Shown here: positions 1 through 12,920 of the stretch, piece after piece
How the letters are laid out: each line of letters starts with the position of its first letter
Numbering within the stretch: position 1 is the stretch's first letter
From: Lama glama
Taxonomy: Eukaryota
Reading direction: 5' to 3'
NCBI GenBank assembly: GCA_028534125.1
Contig: CM052818.1
Coordinates: 24,306,001 to 24,370,000 of the forward strand
DNA length: 64,000 nt
Notes under the pieces: generated by a model
What the model was told of the DNA's origin: nothing
Database searches by the model: none
Seen by the model: only the letters and a program-made list of their open reading frames with translations
Position numbers and translations under genes: made by a program

Positions 1-984
1 CACAGCCAAGAGAGTATAGTAAGTAACAGGGCAGACAGAGGTACATGAGAATCCCATTCTCTCTTTACCTAAAACTTCCTAGCCAATTCTAGAAGGAAGA
101 CATGGAGGAGGAGAAAAGTCCTGATTGGCATCTGAAGTGAAGGACATGTGGTTGGTGGATCAAGGGCAAGTACATTATAGGCAGCTGTCTAGAAAGTGAT
201 TTGAGAAGCACAGAACATCCCTGCGTTCAAAGCATTTATCCATCGGCCAATATATAGGATCAGAAATTCTCACTATTAGAGACATTTATTTGAATAAAGG
301 AATTCTATCAAGTAGTTCCCCAAAAAGTGCAGTGGAATTGCCCAGGAAAGAGCTACCATTGATTCTCACAAACCATCAGCATTTCTTCACTTCTTAATGT
401 GAATTGGCTTATCAGATCAGCTGGCAGACAGAAAAGTCCTGAAAGTCTGGGACTCAGAAAGATACAGAGGAAGTGGGAGATGTTTCAAAGTGGGTTGCTG
501 CCCAGTTAGTGCCCCCAGAGGGTCCTTCTTTGGCGGAGGTGCCCCGGGGAACCCAACGGCCAGAGCCAGAAGAGGCAAAGATGGACTGCCACCCTGAAAT
601 TTTACTTCTGGGGGCAGCAAATGTGACAAAACTTTGTTCTTTCTTGCAAATTTAGCCTATTTGAGCCTTCTGAGAAATGGGCAAAATATGTCCCCTGGTG
701 TGAAAGGATGTCCTTGAAATCTTGAATGGCTTCTACTGTATCATTTTGAAATATTCATACCAGTAGCCTGGAAAGCTAGTGTGATACTCATTCAGACAAA
801 ATGGTTTTTTTTTGCATATGTAATAGACCTAGAAAAAATAACTGTAAATATTAGAGTCCATCTTAATTTTTTAGAAAAGACAGAAAAAGTCATCACTTTG
901 TAGATGTCATTGCATGTGGAGTCAGAATAATTTATAATTTCCTGGTTGACTCTAATGTGAGATGAAGTCAAACAGACAAATGGG

Positions 985-1290
985 TGATTCAGCAATTTAG
1001 TCCAACACAACCATGATATTTATTGAGTGCTCACTGTATGCAGGGCACAGTGCTGGGCGTTTCAGAGAATGCAGATGATGAAGAGGAGTTATTTGACATT
1101 TGCTGAACACCCATTATGTTCCAGACATCAGTCTAAGCACACTGTACATGTTTTCTCTTCCTTGCATGGAAGCATCCTGGTCCCAGTTGAAAGATAAAGA
1201 CCGTGGCTCAGTTAAAGAACTTGTCCAAAAGTGACTTGGTGGTGGTACCAGTTTTTGAGGGGGTTCCAAAGCCATTCTCTTTGCACCGTG
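985..1290 (-). mobile_element. L2 3' end followed by MIR (both antisense)
   Basis: ATATTTATTGAGTGCTCACTGTATGCAGGGCACAGTGCTGGG, then CATTTGCTGAACACCCATTATGTTCCAGAC...GGCTCAGTTAAAGAACTTGTCCAA. Confidence 0.55.
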
Positions 1291-2744
1291 TTCTCTGTTC
1301 TTGGGGGTGTCGTGCTCTAGAACACCTAGGTACTGAGCCGAGTGAGATCAATGGTTGCCAAGTCTAATGAGCCAAGAGCTGTAGAATTGAAAGGAAGGGG
1401 AGGACATTAGAAAAGGCTTCATGGAGGAGGAGGCATTTTAGTTCATTTTCCAAGGGTGAAAAGGCCTTTGAAAATAAATAGAGCCAAGCTGTTTTTGAAA
1501 CACGTAACCAGCCCCAGCTAATTTATGATAAGGACTACCCTGGAGCAAGGTTGGGGCCATTTCCAGACTTCCAACCATCTGTGTGTCCCATTCAGGACCG
1601 TGGCATGGGAACTGTGGATCTGGAACAAATGACAACGTAAGCCATGGTACAAGCCATTGTATACATGTATTTTACATGGGCAACCAAAATTGAGGATGAA
1701 TGTCCAGCATGTCTGGAAGGAGAGAAGCTGTATCAGTCTGAGAAGTGAGGCAAGGAACAGACCACATGCCTGCCTGTTCCATCCTTAAATTTAATGATTG
1801 TGTTTTTGTGCCATCAGAGGTGGTTTGGCTTTCTTTATGTTGCGCCAAGTGGCTCTGGTGCTTTCCCTCTTGAGTATCTCCAGCTCCTCACTTTTCTTCT
1901 CCTTAAAGCACAGGACCCAGGACCCACTTTGGCTCTGCTCTGCTTAATGCATAGCACCCAGTCCTAGCAGCAGGTTTAGAGAATCGGACTCTATACACCA
2001 ACCCCAGCTTCCTCCGTGTACCATGGTAGAGTCCCCAGAGTGAGTGGCATCAGCCAGGGGCAAAAGGATAGAGCTTCCAAAAGTGCTCAGTCATTTATCA
2101 AATGCCCCTCAGAGGTTACAGGTCACTCTTCCCAAATTATCTACCTTTCACATGTTGGGGGATGTGAGCCCCCTAAAGCTGAAATTTGTGAGTTGGGGTT
2201 GGGTAAAGTTGGTGGCTCTTTTTCTCCTGATTCCTTACTGTCTTTCTCTTCATGGCCGTGCAGCTGTCCCTGGCCCTTTTTCAGAACATCTTATCAGTGC
2301 TCTTGCTGCGTAGAGCCATGCTAGATCTGGAAGGCACAGTAGAAATCATCTAGTTTTTTGTTTGTTTGTTTGTTTGTTTGTTTTAATAAATAAGCAAATG
2401 GAAGCCATATGAAATTAAATGACTTTATAAGTATGAAGTGGAACATAGTTGAATCCTAATCTGACTATGAAGTCATTTCACCAAAGTCATCTCTCTGTTT
2501 TTTTGGGGTCTTTTTTTTTTTTGATAAAATAGAAGGCCTCTAGAAATATATGCCTGTGTTTCCTGGCCTCAGCAGTCCCTGAATGTCTAGCAGTGGTTTC
2601 CTAGAGTGCAGAGAACTATGACTTTGATTCTAGATCGAGGATATTGATGAATACATGGTACTTAGGCTAAAGCTCTCTGAGGTCAGCAGGCATGTATCAT
2701 TGTTAGTTTTAATGTTTGTTTGAATTCAACAAATGGTGTATTTA

Positions 2745-2940
2745 ACCTCGTGCAAGGTCCATAACTTCTCTGTGCCTCATTTTGTTCATCTATAAGTGGG
2801 ACTAATAATAGTAGAGTAGTAGTAGTAATAATAGTAATAAAACTAGAGAACCTTATGGGGTTTTTGTGAGGAATAATACCTTAATACTTGAACATTTGAA
2901 ACAGCTTCTGGCACCAGTGCTCAATGAGGATGGGTTCTTA
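2745..2940 (+). mobile_element. MIR
   Basis: Core ATAACTTCTCTGTGCCTCATTTTGTTCATCTATAAGTGGGACTAATAATAG. Confidence 0.65.
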
Positions 2941-3066
2941 CTACTTGAGAGATGACTTGTAAGAGAGCACTGTCCCTGCCTGTGCCCCTTTACGGTAACA
3001 TACTCATTGTGCAAGGAAGGTTGTCATGGAGAGCCAGAAGATAAGGACACACATAATGGCATATAC

Positions 3067-3401
3067 CAAAGGTCACAGAACTTTTTTAAAGGGCCACACA
3101 GTAAATATTTTTGGCTTTGTGGACCACAGGGTCTGTTCCAACCACTCAGCACTGTCATTGGAGCATGACAGCAGCCGTTGACAATACTTGATGTTGTGTG
3201 AACATGCTGGGTTCAATACGATGTTATTTACTGACACTGAAATTTGAACATCATATAAAGTTCATTATCATGAAATACTGCTTTTTGAAATTGTTTCAAC
3301 TTTTTCAATCTTTTCAAAATGTAAACAACAAAAAAATAGGCATTATAAAAACAGGTGGGTAGGATAAATTTGACCAGTTGGCCATAGTTTGTCAATTCCT
3401 G
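3067..3401 (+). mobile_element. hAT-Charlie MITE, MER58-like
   Basis: AAAGGGCCACACAGTAAATATTTTTGGCTTTGTGGACCACAGGGTCTG ... GGCCATAGTTTGTCAATTCCTG matches recalled MER58 ends. Confidence 0.75.
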
Positions 3402-4246
3402 AGACACAGATTGTGAAAGATACAAAGGCCATCTCAGTGGCCGGAGGAATCCCAGCCATTCATTGGGGTTGGTGTTGTGAGAAGAGGGCTGGCCCAGAAA
3501 CTGAGCCTTTGCTTCAGAACCTGGCTCTGTCACTTCTGAGATGTATGGCTTTGAAAAGTCTTTTAAGGTACCATGGCCTGAGTTTTCACATTGGGAAAGG
3601 GGGGAAGGGTCAAGGTTAGATGACTTAGGGGACTTCCTGGCCATAAAAGCAGTTTTCTGAAGGGAAATTGGACATTCAAGAGGGGTCATGGAGGACAGGC
3701 AGAAAAGTACGAGAAAAGAAAACATGGTGCATATTTGGGTAATTTTCATTCAGTAGCTCAGTTAACCTCCAGGAATAGTAAACCCTGGAAGGTAGACAGG
3801 TGATGTCCCATGGGTGGTGACCGTGAATGCCAAAGTGAGGGATTAGAATATTATAGCTTTGGATTGTTAGTAGAATTCCTCACATGTACAGATCAGGCTG
3901 AGACAGGGGAAGTGACTTGTCCAAGGCCACATGACTGGCCAGGGAGAGGTGAGCCCAACACTCATTTCTTTTGACCCCCAGACCAAAAACGCTTCTGTCT
4001 CCCAGCTTGTCCCCAGCAGCATGGTAGAGTGAATGTAATTAACATCAACTGTATGACTGTGATCCAGAGGGGAAAATTCTCATATAAATTATGGAAGCTG
4101 TATTTAGTATTTTCTAAACGTGATCTCAGAGCCTAGCATATTAAGAAGGTAGGTCTGTGAGTAATCCCATTATAGGGAAGGGAAACTGCCGAAGTGTCAA
4201 CCCAAGGCCTTACCCTCTGGCAACCTTTAGCCTGGCTTCTTGCTGA

Positions 4247-4247
4247 G

Positions 4248-4288
<41 letters not shown>
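4247..4288. repeat. (GT)n microsatellite
   Basis: About 18 uninterrupted GT units. Confidence 0.95.
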
Positions 4289-4291
<3 letters not shown>

Positions 4292-6189
4292 ATTTATTTT
4301 TTAAATTGTGGCTCAGATCTTAATTCATCAGCCAAGCCTTTCCCAACACCCTGGCAGGTCAGATCCTCCATTATTTATCAGTTAACAAATGCTTCTTTCT
4401 ATAACAATTTAAACAAATGTTTCTTTTGGTGCTAATTTATATTAACATCTGTCTTCTCTCTTCCCAGCTAGATGATTAAGTATTAAGTTCCAGGAGGAGA
4501 GAGATATGTTTGTTTTGTTCACGGTTCTAGCCCCAATATCTTGCACTTCGCCAGCCATGTAATAGGCATTCAGTGTTTGTTGAATGAATGCAGGACTGGT
4601 CTCACACTAGTCACTGATATTGGTGAAAACAGCCCTTCCTTAAGCAAAGATAGGCAGAAGTTACTGTCTTCACTTGTTAAAGAAATGATTAAGCAATTAG
4701 TATTTCTTCCTCCACTTTTTTTCTCTACCTTTTTCAAAGGCTACTATCTAATCTCACTTATCACAATAAGATAATAATATAATAGTCAAGGCATAGTTAT
4801 TAACATTAAAACCGTAACTCATAAGCCAATATTTAAACAATTTTTCAAATGCAGGTGTATGGGGTTGGTTTAAAGGACATATTCACTAGATACCTTACTT
4901 AGTAGAGAAACTGTATGTTTTGTAAACTGTGTTCTGGAATTTGTATGAAAATTTTACATTTTTCCCTCCCTGAAAGCTACTCAATTTATTTTTTCTCTAA
5001 ACAAATTTGGGTTAGTTCCTTTCTAAGCTGCTTCTGTTTTAAAAATAGATTTGTTCTATATACATATGCATTCAGTTTTAGAGCCATATCACTGTGTATA
5101 GTGTCAGGAATTTTAAGAAATTGTAACACAGAATATTGATGAAGGGTCACCATTACATGAGCATCTATCAACTTGAATTTTTACAAACTATTTCGTTTTA
5201 CTTCCTACTTGGTTCATCTCAAGAGTATCCTCTTCTCTAAAAGATTGTGCTTTGTGACTCTGCAGGAGAATTTAAAACGCTGACAAACTTTCAAGTTAAC
5301 AGGGTTCCATCCTCCGAAAAGCAGTCTGCTTGCAGATGAAGCTTAATGACTCAGGAAAAAAGCTGATGAAATTCACCAGACTCTGCGCACATAACCAGCG
5401 TTTTCCTTGTTAAAAAAGGTTTAAAAAAAAAAAAGGCATTCTGCATGCTCCTATCACAGAGCTTGAAATTGGATTTTGTATTAAACATCCCCAGTCCACG
5501 GAGGGAGACGAGAAGGCAAAAAGAGTGACTGCAAAGATTTACTCTTGAGTTGATGGGAACAGGGGAAGTAGGTGAGGATTTTAATAGAAAAGCCTGTAAT
5601 TGAAGGGGCACAGCTTTCCTCATCACCTAAGGTTTCCGGTTTGGGGTTTAGGTTTCTGCATATTTTCAGGGCTTGTGTCTGGAACCTGGTTAGAAGGTCT
5701 CTGAAGACTTCCATTTATCTGGTTCGTTGTCATTTGTCTGTGTAAAGTCCTAGCATCCTTAGCTGTTTCTACTTAAGGAAAGCAGACCAGACCCTTGGCG
5801 AAAATTATGAAGTATGTATCAGTTACTCCCAATGATTTAATCTCCTCTTTGGGGAGATCTCCTATTGAGATCTCTTATTAGGGTCTATTTTTCTCTACCT
5901 TCTTCTCTTTTACCTCCTACAGACACACTCACCAATGGGCTTCATATTTTGATGCTATCCGGAGTCCCAGTCTGTGAAAACAAAAGCCCACCTGATAAAT
6001 GATTTCATGTCAACTGCTTACTGACTTTACAACAAATGTATCTAATTTTTAGGCAGTGCCTTCCATCAAAGACCTTATTTAAGTCCTCTGCTCTCTAGTC
6101 TGTGTTTGCTAAGCATGCGCTTTATGCTGGTTCTAACCTCCTACCTACTTCTACCTTGTCTGCCTTTCTCCCCTTCATGCCAATGCCAA

Positions 6190-6345
6190 GACCACCTCCA
6201 TCAGAGTCACCTAAGGTGCTTGTTAAACTTCAAATTTGGGGGCTTCTCTTTAGAGCTACTGCATATCTGATGATAGGGCCCAGTTATCTGCACTTCAGCG
6301 GATTTTTCAGATGATCCTTAAGGGACTGAAGTTGAAGAAGCATTG
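6190..6345. mobile_element. MER5A-like hAT MITE
   Basis: CATCAGAGTCACCTAAGGTGCTTGTTAAA...GGGCCCAGTTATCTGCACTT...AAGTTGAAGAAGCATTG. Confidence 0.55.
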
Positions 6346-8789
6346 TTCTCTGCCTTTAGTCACATCATTTCTTCCTTCTGGAATGCCCTCTCTCTCTCTG
6401 CAGCTTCTGTCATTCTTCCAGTCCCCTCCTTTTATGGAACTTTCCAGATTCTTTCTACTAATCATGGTCTTCTGAGTAACTATCACTTGATGACTGTAAA
6501 CATATCAGTACAGGGGCTGTGCTGTGACCCCCCAGGGTGTTTGATCTGGTGCTTTGTGCATAGAAGCCACTCAATAAATGCTTGGTGAGTAAATAAATGG
6601 TCCACTCTCTAGAACTAGAAATATAGGGAGGGCTATACTTCACTCGAACAAATCTCTGAAGGTGAAGTGTCAACAACCTAGTGTGGAACATATTTTTAGG
6701 TAGGAAATCTTGTTTGGTGACCCAGATATACATGCATTCATATGACCTCATTTTTTTTCCAGTATATAAGGTCAAATATCAAAGAAGAACTATTCTTTCT
6801 CTTCAAGGTGGATGCTGAACAAATTATTACCTGAAATAGTTGTTATTGTCCATCACAAAACCGCTGAAAGATCTGGAGTTCAGAAGAGATGACCTAAGGC
6901 TCTCCTCTGGGAGCTCACTACACTTGAACTCTTTTAGTTGCAGGACTATAGGCTGAGCTGTTTGACATTTCTAGGAACCAGATTGTATGACTCTGAGACC
7001 CCAGGTGTGTGAACCTGGGAACTAGGTAGTCCACTTTGAGTGCATCCAAGTGAACTCATGGTCCCACTGTCTGAATACACTGGGAAGTCTCTCTTCTTCT
7101 GTGATTCCCTAGTAGGGGCTAAGTTCTCTCTTCCAGAAAGGGGACTCACTCCTTGACTCTTGTAATGCCCCACTAGAATGGGAGCTTCTTTAGGGATATT
7201 ATCTTATTCATCTTTGTGGCACAATTTCTAGCTTGAATGAGTGCCTAAGAAAAGCCTGATGGGCAAATCCATGAATGAATGTGTTGTTTTCCCATTTCTT
7301 TGAGTTACTTACCAGTTTAAAAATTAAATAAAGTCTTGATCTCCAGACAGTAATTGTGTGGGCTGTGTTGAGATTCTTGAAAAAAGTATTGATTTATGGT
7401 TCTTAGAGCCAAGTTTTCACTTCTTTGTTTTGCTAAAATTCAGTATCATTCCCCCCAGCTTTATGCATTGACCTCTTTTATTTTAGTTTTGCTTGCTCAT
7501 TGCTAGGATTTCATCCTCTCTTTTCTTTTCTCCTGACTGAATGGAAAAACCTTGTGATTATATGACTGTGGAGGGATTTCAGATCTCAGATTTTAGCTGA
7601 TGATCCCCTCAGTGGATCCTCTTTCCCTGCTACGTGATGACTAGGTGTGCTTGCAAAATCCTTCCTTGGTGGATGGGGAGGAAAACACAAAAGGCTGTTG
7701 ATGAGAGGATGCAAACTACACACATCTATTCACGTGGGAAGGAGGGGCAGAGTGGGAAGGTTATTCTGCACTGACTGTTTAAGTTAGGAGCTCTTTGCTA
7801 TGACAGAGCAGTATTGTTGACCTATGCAGTAAAAACAACCAACAGAAAGGTGCTGCCATTTTGGAAAGTGTTACGGTTCTCATGCAAAGTGCCTGGAGTA
7901 AAAGCCTGTCAGTCACTTATGTCTGTGTGATTTCAGCCAGTTTACTTTTATGAACCATTTTTTTTTTCTCTTTTTTAAAATGAGAGTGATAATACCTCTT
8001 TGCAAGACTGTCAGAAAGGTCAGGGGTAGTGAATCGGTATAGCACTGGGGACACAGCAAGTGCTCAGTCATGGTGGCTGTTGTCATTGTCATAAAGGCTC
8101 CTGAGTGGGGCCCTTCTGCTGCCCCAGGTCCTGGCAGGACTAATCTAGGGACAGTCCTGGATGGCTTTACATGGAGCCCAAGATTAGCAGAACCAGCTTC
8201 CCTTCCAGTTCTTCTTGATTTACTCTAGGAAGACTGTCTTAATTCTCTAGCTTTCTTCCTTCTATCCATATTTCCATGTCATTATGCAGAGTTAATATAT
8301 TTAAATTCTTAATGCTCTTTCCCTTTCATGGGACCTCCATAACAGAGGTGGTTTTTGGTTGGTGTTTGACTGGGTGTCTTTTTATTGCCCTGAAAGAAGC
8401 AGATATGCTCCCTTGAGGATGCCCCAAATATTAGGACCTTCTCAACAGAGCAGATGATCTTGGCATTCTAGAAGAACTCAACAAGCCATGGCTTGTACAG
8501 AAGGACCCACACCCATGGCCTGGGGAAAATGTCAGGGTCCCAGCCCCTCTCTTGATACTGGAGATCAAGGTTTCCAGCCTGAGGTCCTCTGCTCGGGAGC
8601 CTGAATCACAATTCTTCTCTTCCACCCAGCACTGACGTTGGCTTTTCAGTGTGATACTGGCCCCTGCTAATTTTAGGGACACCCATCTTACATAGGGAAC
8701 ATTTCTAAAGGCATGTGCCTGGCTCCAGCTCCCAGATTCTGATTCATCATCAGAGATCTGGTGAACCAGCACATGACCTGATGAGAAAT

Positions 8790-8990
8790 GTTTCATTCAT
8801 TTAATTAAAGCAGGTGCTGTGCACCTTCCGTGTAGCAGGCTCTGCTCTAGGAACTGGGGATCAGTGAACAAAAGAGACAGAAGTCCCTACCCTTACAGAG
8901 CATACCTCTATTACAGAGACAATAAGCAGAACCATTAAATAAATTATATAGTGTATACAGAGTAATAAGTTTTATATAGAAAAACAAAAT
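8790..8990 (-). mobile_element. L2 3' end
   Basis: TTCATTCATTTAATTAAAGCAGGTGCTGTGCACCTTCCGTGTAGCAGGCTCTGCTCTAGGAACTGGGGATCAGTGAACAA. Confidence 0.65.
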
Positions 8991-10974
8991 AGGGGAAATG
9001 GTCACTTAACTTTTCAATAACGTCCTCATTATCCTAAATCCCAAATCCATCTTTCTTTTTTTGGCCTCGTTGCCTGAACATTACCCCAGTTGCTCCCTTT
9101 GGTGAATGAGATGGGTGTTTTCTAACATGGGACAGGATCCCGACTCTAATCTTGTGAGTTTAGGCAGGAGGGCTTGAGCCCCTGACGTGATGTCTCACTG
9201 CTTGTCTCCTAGAGGACTTGTCCTCATTTATCAGGCAGCAAAGAAGAAACTGTTTGGATAAAAAAAAAATATAATAGCAGAGAGTCACCGTGGAAACGGA
9301 ACGAGCTTCCTTTTGAAGTGCGGTCACGGTCTGATGGTCTGAGGTTGAGGACCAGGGCAGTAATTGGCACCCTAGATGGATGGTCAGATAAGGAGAGTCG
9401 TCCTCCAGCGTCATCTCTTTGTCCAGAAGCATTTAAGTGCTTGCCTTCGTAGTGGATTAGAATTTATGATTGCTTTAATGTTGCCTTAGAAACAGATTAA
9501 TTGCTTAGCTTTGAGACTTTCAGTCAGCAAGAATCACACAGAAGGGGATTCCAGGTCCTGATGGAGAGTCAAGGAGTTCGTTGGAATAACCCCAGCTGCC
9601 AATCAACAGAATGAGATGAAGCCGCCTTGAGCCCAGGGCTGGTGGGGATGGCAGAGGTGTTCCTTCTGTCGCTGAGTTCTCCTTGTAGTCAAAACTGGCT
9701 ATACCTCCCCAAGGCTGCCTGCCTACTCCTCAGACCTCCACTGTGGCAGGCTCTTCCTCACTCTTTACAAGGGCAGTTGCAGAAAGATCTGTCTCGGTTG
9801 TACATACTCCATTTCTAGGACCTCTGCCTTCGACACAGGTTGCTGGGCTCACTCAGTTTGATATCTGTTCACCATCCTTTGTCGTTGCCATTCGGGTCTG
9901 TAATCTGTAGGTACTGTGGTGGTTTGGTTTGTTTTAAAATAAGTAGTGAGCACAAGTGGGTATTCTTGATGCTGTGCTGAAGGCTCCTTTGGAGGATATA
10001 ATGGATACCCCCAAGCAAGAACTGGCCATGGGTGTCCGAGTTGATCTGAAACCACCATGAAAACCAGCCTCTTCCAGAGTTCAGTAGAGCAGGGCAGAAT
10101 ATGCAAAAGCCAGGCAGCAGACCAACATAAGACAGCCTCCATTTCCTGCTTAATTTTCATAGAAATATGTATTTGAGAAGATAGCAGAGACAGTCAAGTA
10201 GATCAACTAGAGTCTAATGACAGAAGAAAGACCCTGAAAGAATGGAGACAAAAAAAAAAAAAAGAAGAAGAAGGGACTCACATGTAGATAACACCTACCC
10301 CACAGCCTCACAAGCATTTGAATTTGGTATTACTTTAATAAAGAAAGAAACTGAAGTCCAAGGAGCTCTTTTCAGTTGCTTTATGGCCAATAAGCTATAG
10401 CAGTGTTTTTTTTTGTCCATTGATTTTACAAATTATAATGCCACCACCTTTGGAATAGAATTGTGACATTTTTGAGTTAACCTTAGAAGCCCCCTTCCTT
10501 TTTCTCTGATGGTGATGATGATTTTTACCACTCCATCCACCCTGAGACACCTGTTCTCTTTTGGCTGAGAACATATTGTGAGATGTGGATTGGGGCAGGG
10601 CTTTTTCTTGGCAGACCTAAGAGAGTGCCCTGAGAGGTCATGTAGAAGAGGTTGCCAGGTAATTGCTAAAAGGCAGGAGAGTGAGACGAAGCTATCTCTA
10701 GGAACATTCCAGCCCACATGTCACCTCACAGCTGTTGACGCTTTTCTGCTTGTGCCTCTAATCCGTAAGATAAAACCTGGCTTGACGGAAACCTTCCATG
10801 GGCCTTTTGCTACCTACCTAGGTCCTCTTAACTCCACATGGAAGGCAAGAGTTTTTCCAGTGGGCTAGTCCAAGCCTGAATCCAACAGTTCTCAAAGATA
10901 ACTTTGTTCTCAAAGATAACTTTGTACACTGTCAAGGATGATTGAATGCAGCAGTGAATTATATCTGATGCAGA

Positions 10975-11285
10975 GACAGGCCAGAATTTGAATCTTAGTT
11001 CAAAAGTTTATTAGCCGTATGACTTTCAGCAAGTACCAAGCCCATCTGAGCATTTGTTGTCTCACCTACAAATGGACTAATAATGTCTATTACGTAAGGT
11101 TATTGTTGGGCACTGTGCACTGCACAGCTCCAGGGGGTGCTAGCCACACAGACTGATTGAAATGGCAACCCTGAGAGTTGTTGTAACAGGGCAATGCTGG
11201 CTCTTGTAAGTATTAGATACAATGATCATGTAAAGAATTCAGCATGGTATCTGAAACAGTGTTTGGGAGCGGAGCGTGGTATTAT
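10975..11285 (+). mobile_element. MIR interrupted by a MER91-like palindromic element (~11108-11201)
   Basis: The MIR core (GAATTTGAATCTTAGTTC...TCTCACCTACAAATGGACTAATAAT...AAGGTTATTGT) resumes after the insert as GTAAGTATTAGATACAATGATCATGTAAAG. The insert is TGTGCACTGCACAGCTCCAGGGGGTGC. Confidence 0.55.
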
Positions 11286-11889
11286 TGTCTCAGGCAATCC
11301 CCTGCGATTTGCCTTTATGCCATTTTAGGATTTGCTTCTAATAAGGAAAATAGTTTGGGGGCACAGAAAACACAACCTGCAAAGACCTGGAGGCAAGCAA
11401 ATCTCGTCTTCAGGGAATGGAAAGAATTTCTATATTTTGGAACTCAGAGGCCAGATCCTAAAAGGTCTAAACAGCCTATTGAAGGGTTTGTGTTTGTCTC
11501 CAGGGAAGTAGGCAACCCCTGAGGAGTTGTCAGAGACGTGAAAGAGTCAGGTCTGCACTGGAGCAAGTGCATTTTGGCTGCGAGGTGAAGAACTGGCTGG
11601 TGAAAGTTGGCAGTGATCTGAAGGGAGGGGTTTGTTCTGTCAGTCCTGGAGCAGACACAGCTGTGAATCTCTGTTCAGTGCTGAGTCTCTGTATTCTGTT
11701 CTGCTCTCTGTGAGCAAACACCTTTCTGATCCTTACAGGTTACCAAGACATTTTAAGTTGCAAATCTTCCAAAAGAGTCACTGCAAATGTTTCTTTCTCC
11801 TTTGTAAACTTTAGGTCTTTACTACATCATTGTATATACATTCCAGGCACTGGGATTACTTATAAATCAGATTTTTTTTTTTATAATAG

Positions 11890-12920
11890 GCAAAAACTCT
11901 CCTCTTTGTTCTACCCTTGACCCTCCAGGCTATTCTTCACTGAATCAGCAGAGATCATTTTATTTTATTTTATTTTATTTTATTTTATTTTATTTTATTT
12001 TATTTTTTTATGGGTCTCTTTCTTTTTAATTTTTTTATTCTTATATTTTATTGAAGTGTAATCAGTTTACAATGTTAGTTTCAGGTATACAGTATACACA
12101 TACATACACATTTATATTTTTTTCAATTTCTTTTTCATTACAGCTCATTACAAGAAACTGAGCATAGTTCCCTGTGCTATACAGTACGTCCTTGTTGTTT
12201 ATCCATTTTATACATAGTAAGGTGTTATCTGTTAATCCCAAACTCCTAATCTATCCCTCCCCCCATATTTCTCCCACCTGGTAACCGCAGCAGAGAGATC
12301 ATTTTAGAAGGAAAATCCGCTCATATAACACTTCTGATTGGAACCTCCCTATGATTCCCATCTTTCTCACAGTCAATGCCAACATCATATAGTGGCCTCA
12401 GCACCCCTCCTGGTCCATCCCCACCTTGCTCCCCTCACTCACTGCCCTCTCATTGCACTGGTTTCTCCATGGGCCCCAGACTACGCAAAGCACAATTCCC
12501 ATCAGGATCTTGACACTTCACTTGGAATTTTCTTCCTGCAAATATCCACAAAGGTTGGTCTGTTGCTTCCTTTGAGACTTTGCTCAAATGTCTCCTTATC
12601 AGAGAGGCCACCTTTAAACCATCGAGTGTAAAATCATGCACGCCATGTGTGTGCACACACAGACATACACTCACACACTGACACACACACACACAGACTT
12701 CTGGTCCTACTGACTCTGCTCCCCACTCCTCCACTACAACAGCACTTTTCACCATCTGACATTTAACATTCATACTTACCTGTTTGTTTCCTGCCCATTC
12801 GAATATAAAGTCCACAAAGACAAACTTTTTTTACTCATTGAATTCTCAGGACCTAGAAGAGAGCCTAGCATGTCATTTTAAAATCTGTCTAGGCGGCCCT
12901 CGTAAATATCTGTGGGAGAA
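11890..12920 (+). mobile_element. L2 3' region, split by the L1 insertion at 11963-12287 and a CA repeat
   Basis: Pyrimidine-rich L2-type sequence ending CTCAGGACCTAGAAGAGAGCCTAGCA...CTCGTAAATATCTGTGGGAGAAATGA. Confidence 0.6.
11963..12287 (-). mobile_element. 5'-truncated L1 3' end (artiodactyl type) with (TTTTA)n tail, inserted into an L2
   Basis: TTTATTGAAGTGTAATCAGTTTACAATGTT...TAGTTCCCTGTGCTATACAGTA. TSD AGAGATCATTTTA at 11950-11962 and 12294-12306. Confidence 0.85.

Noticed and set aside
4167..11329. CArG boxes (CCATTATAGG at 4167, CCATTTTAGG at 11320) and scattered AP-1 sites
   Set aside because: They are isolated short motifs expected by chance in AT-rich DNA. I saw no CpG island or promoter architecture, so the SLC8A1 first exons probably lie outside the window.
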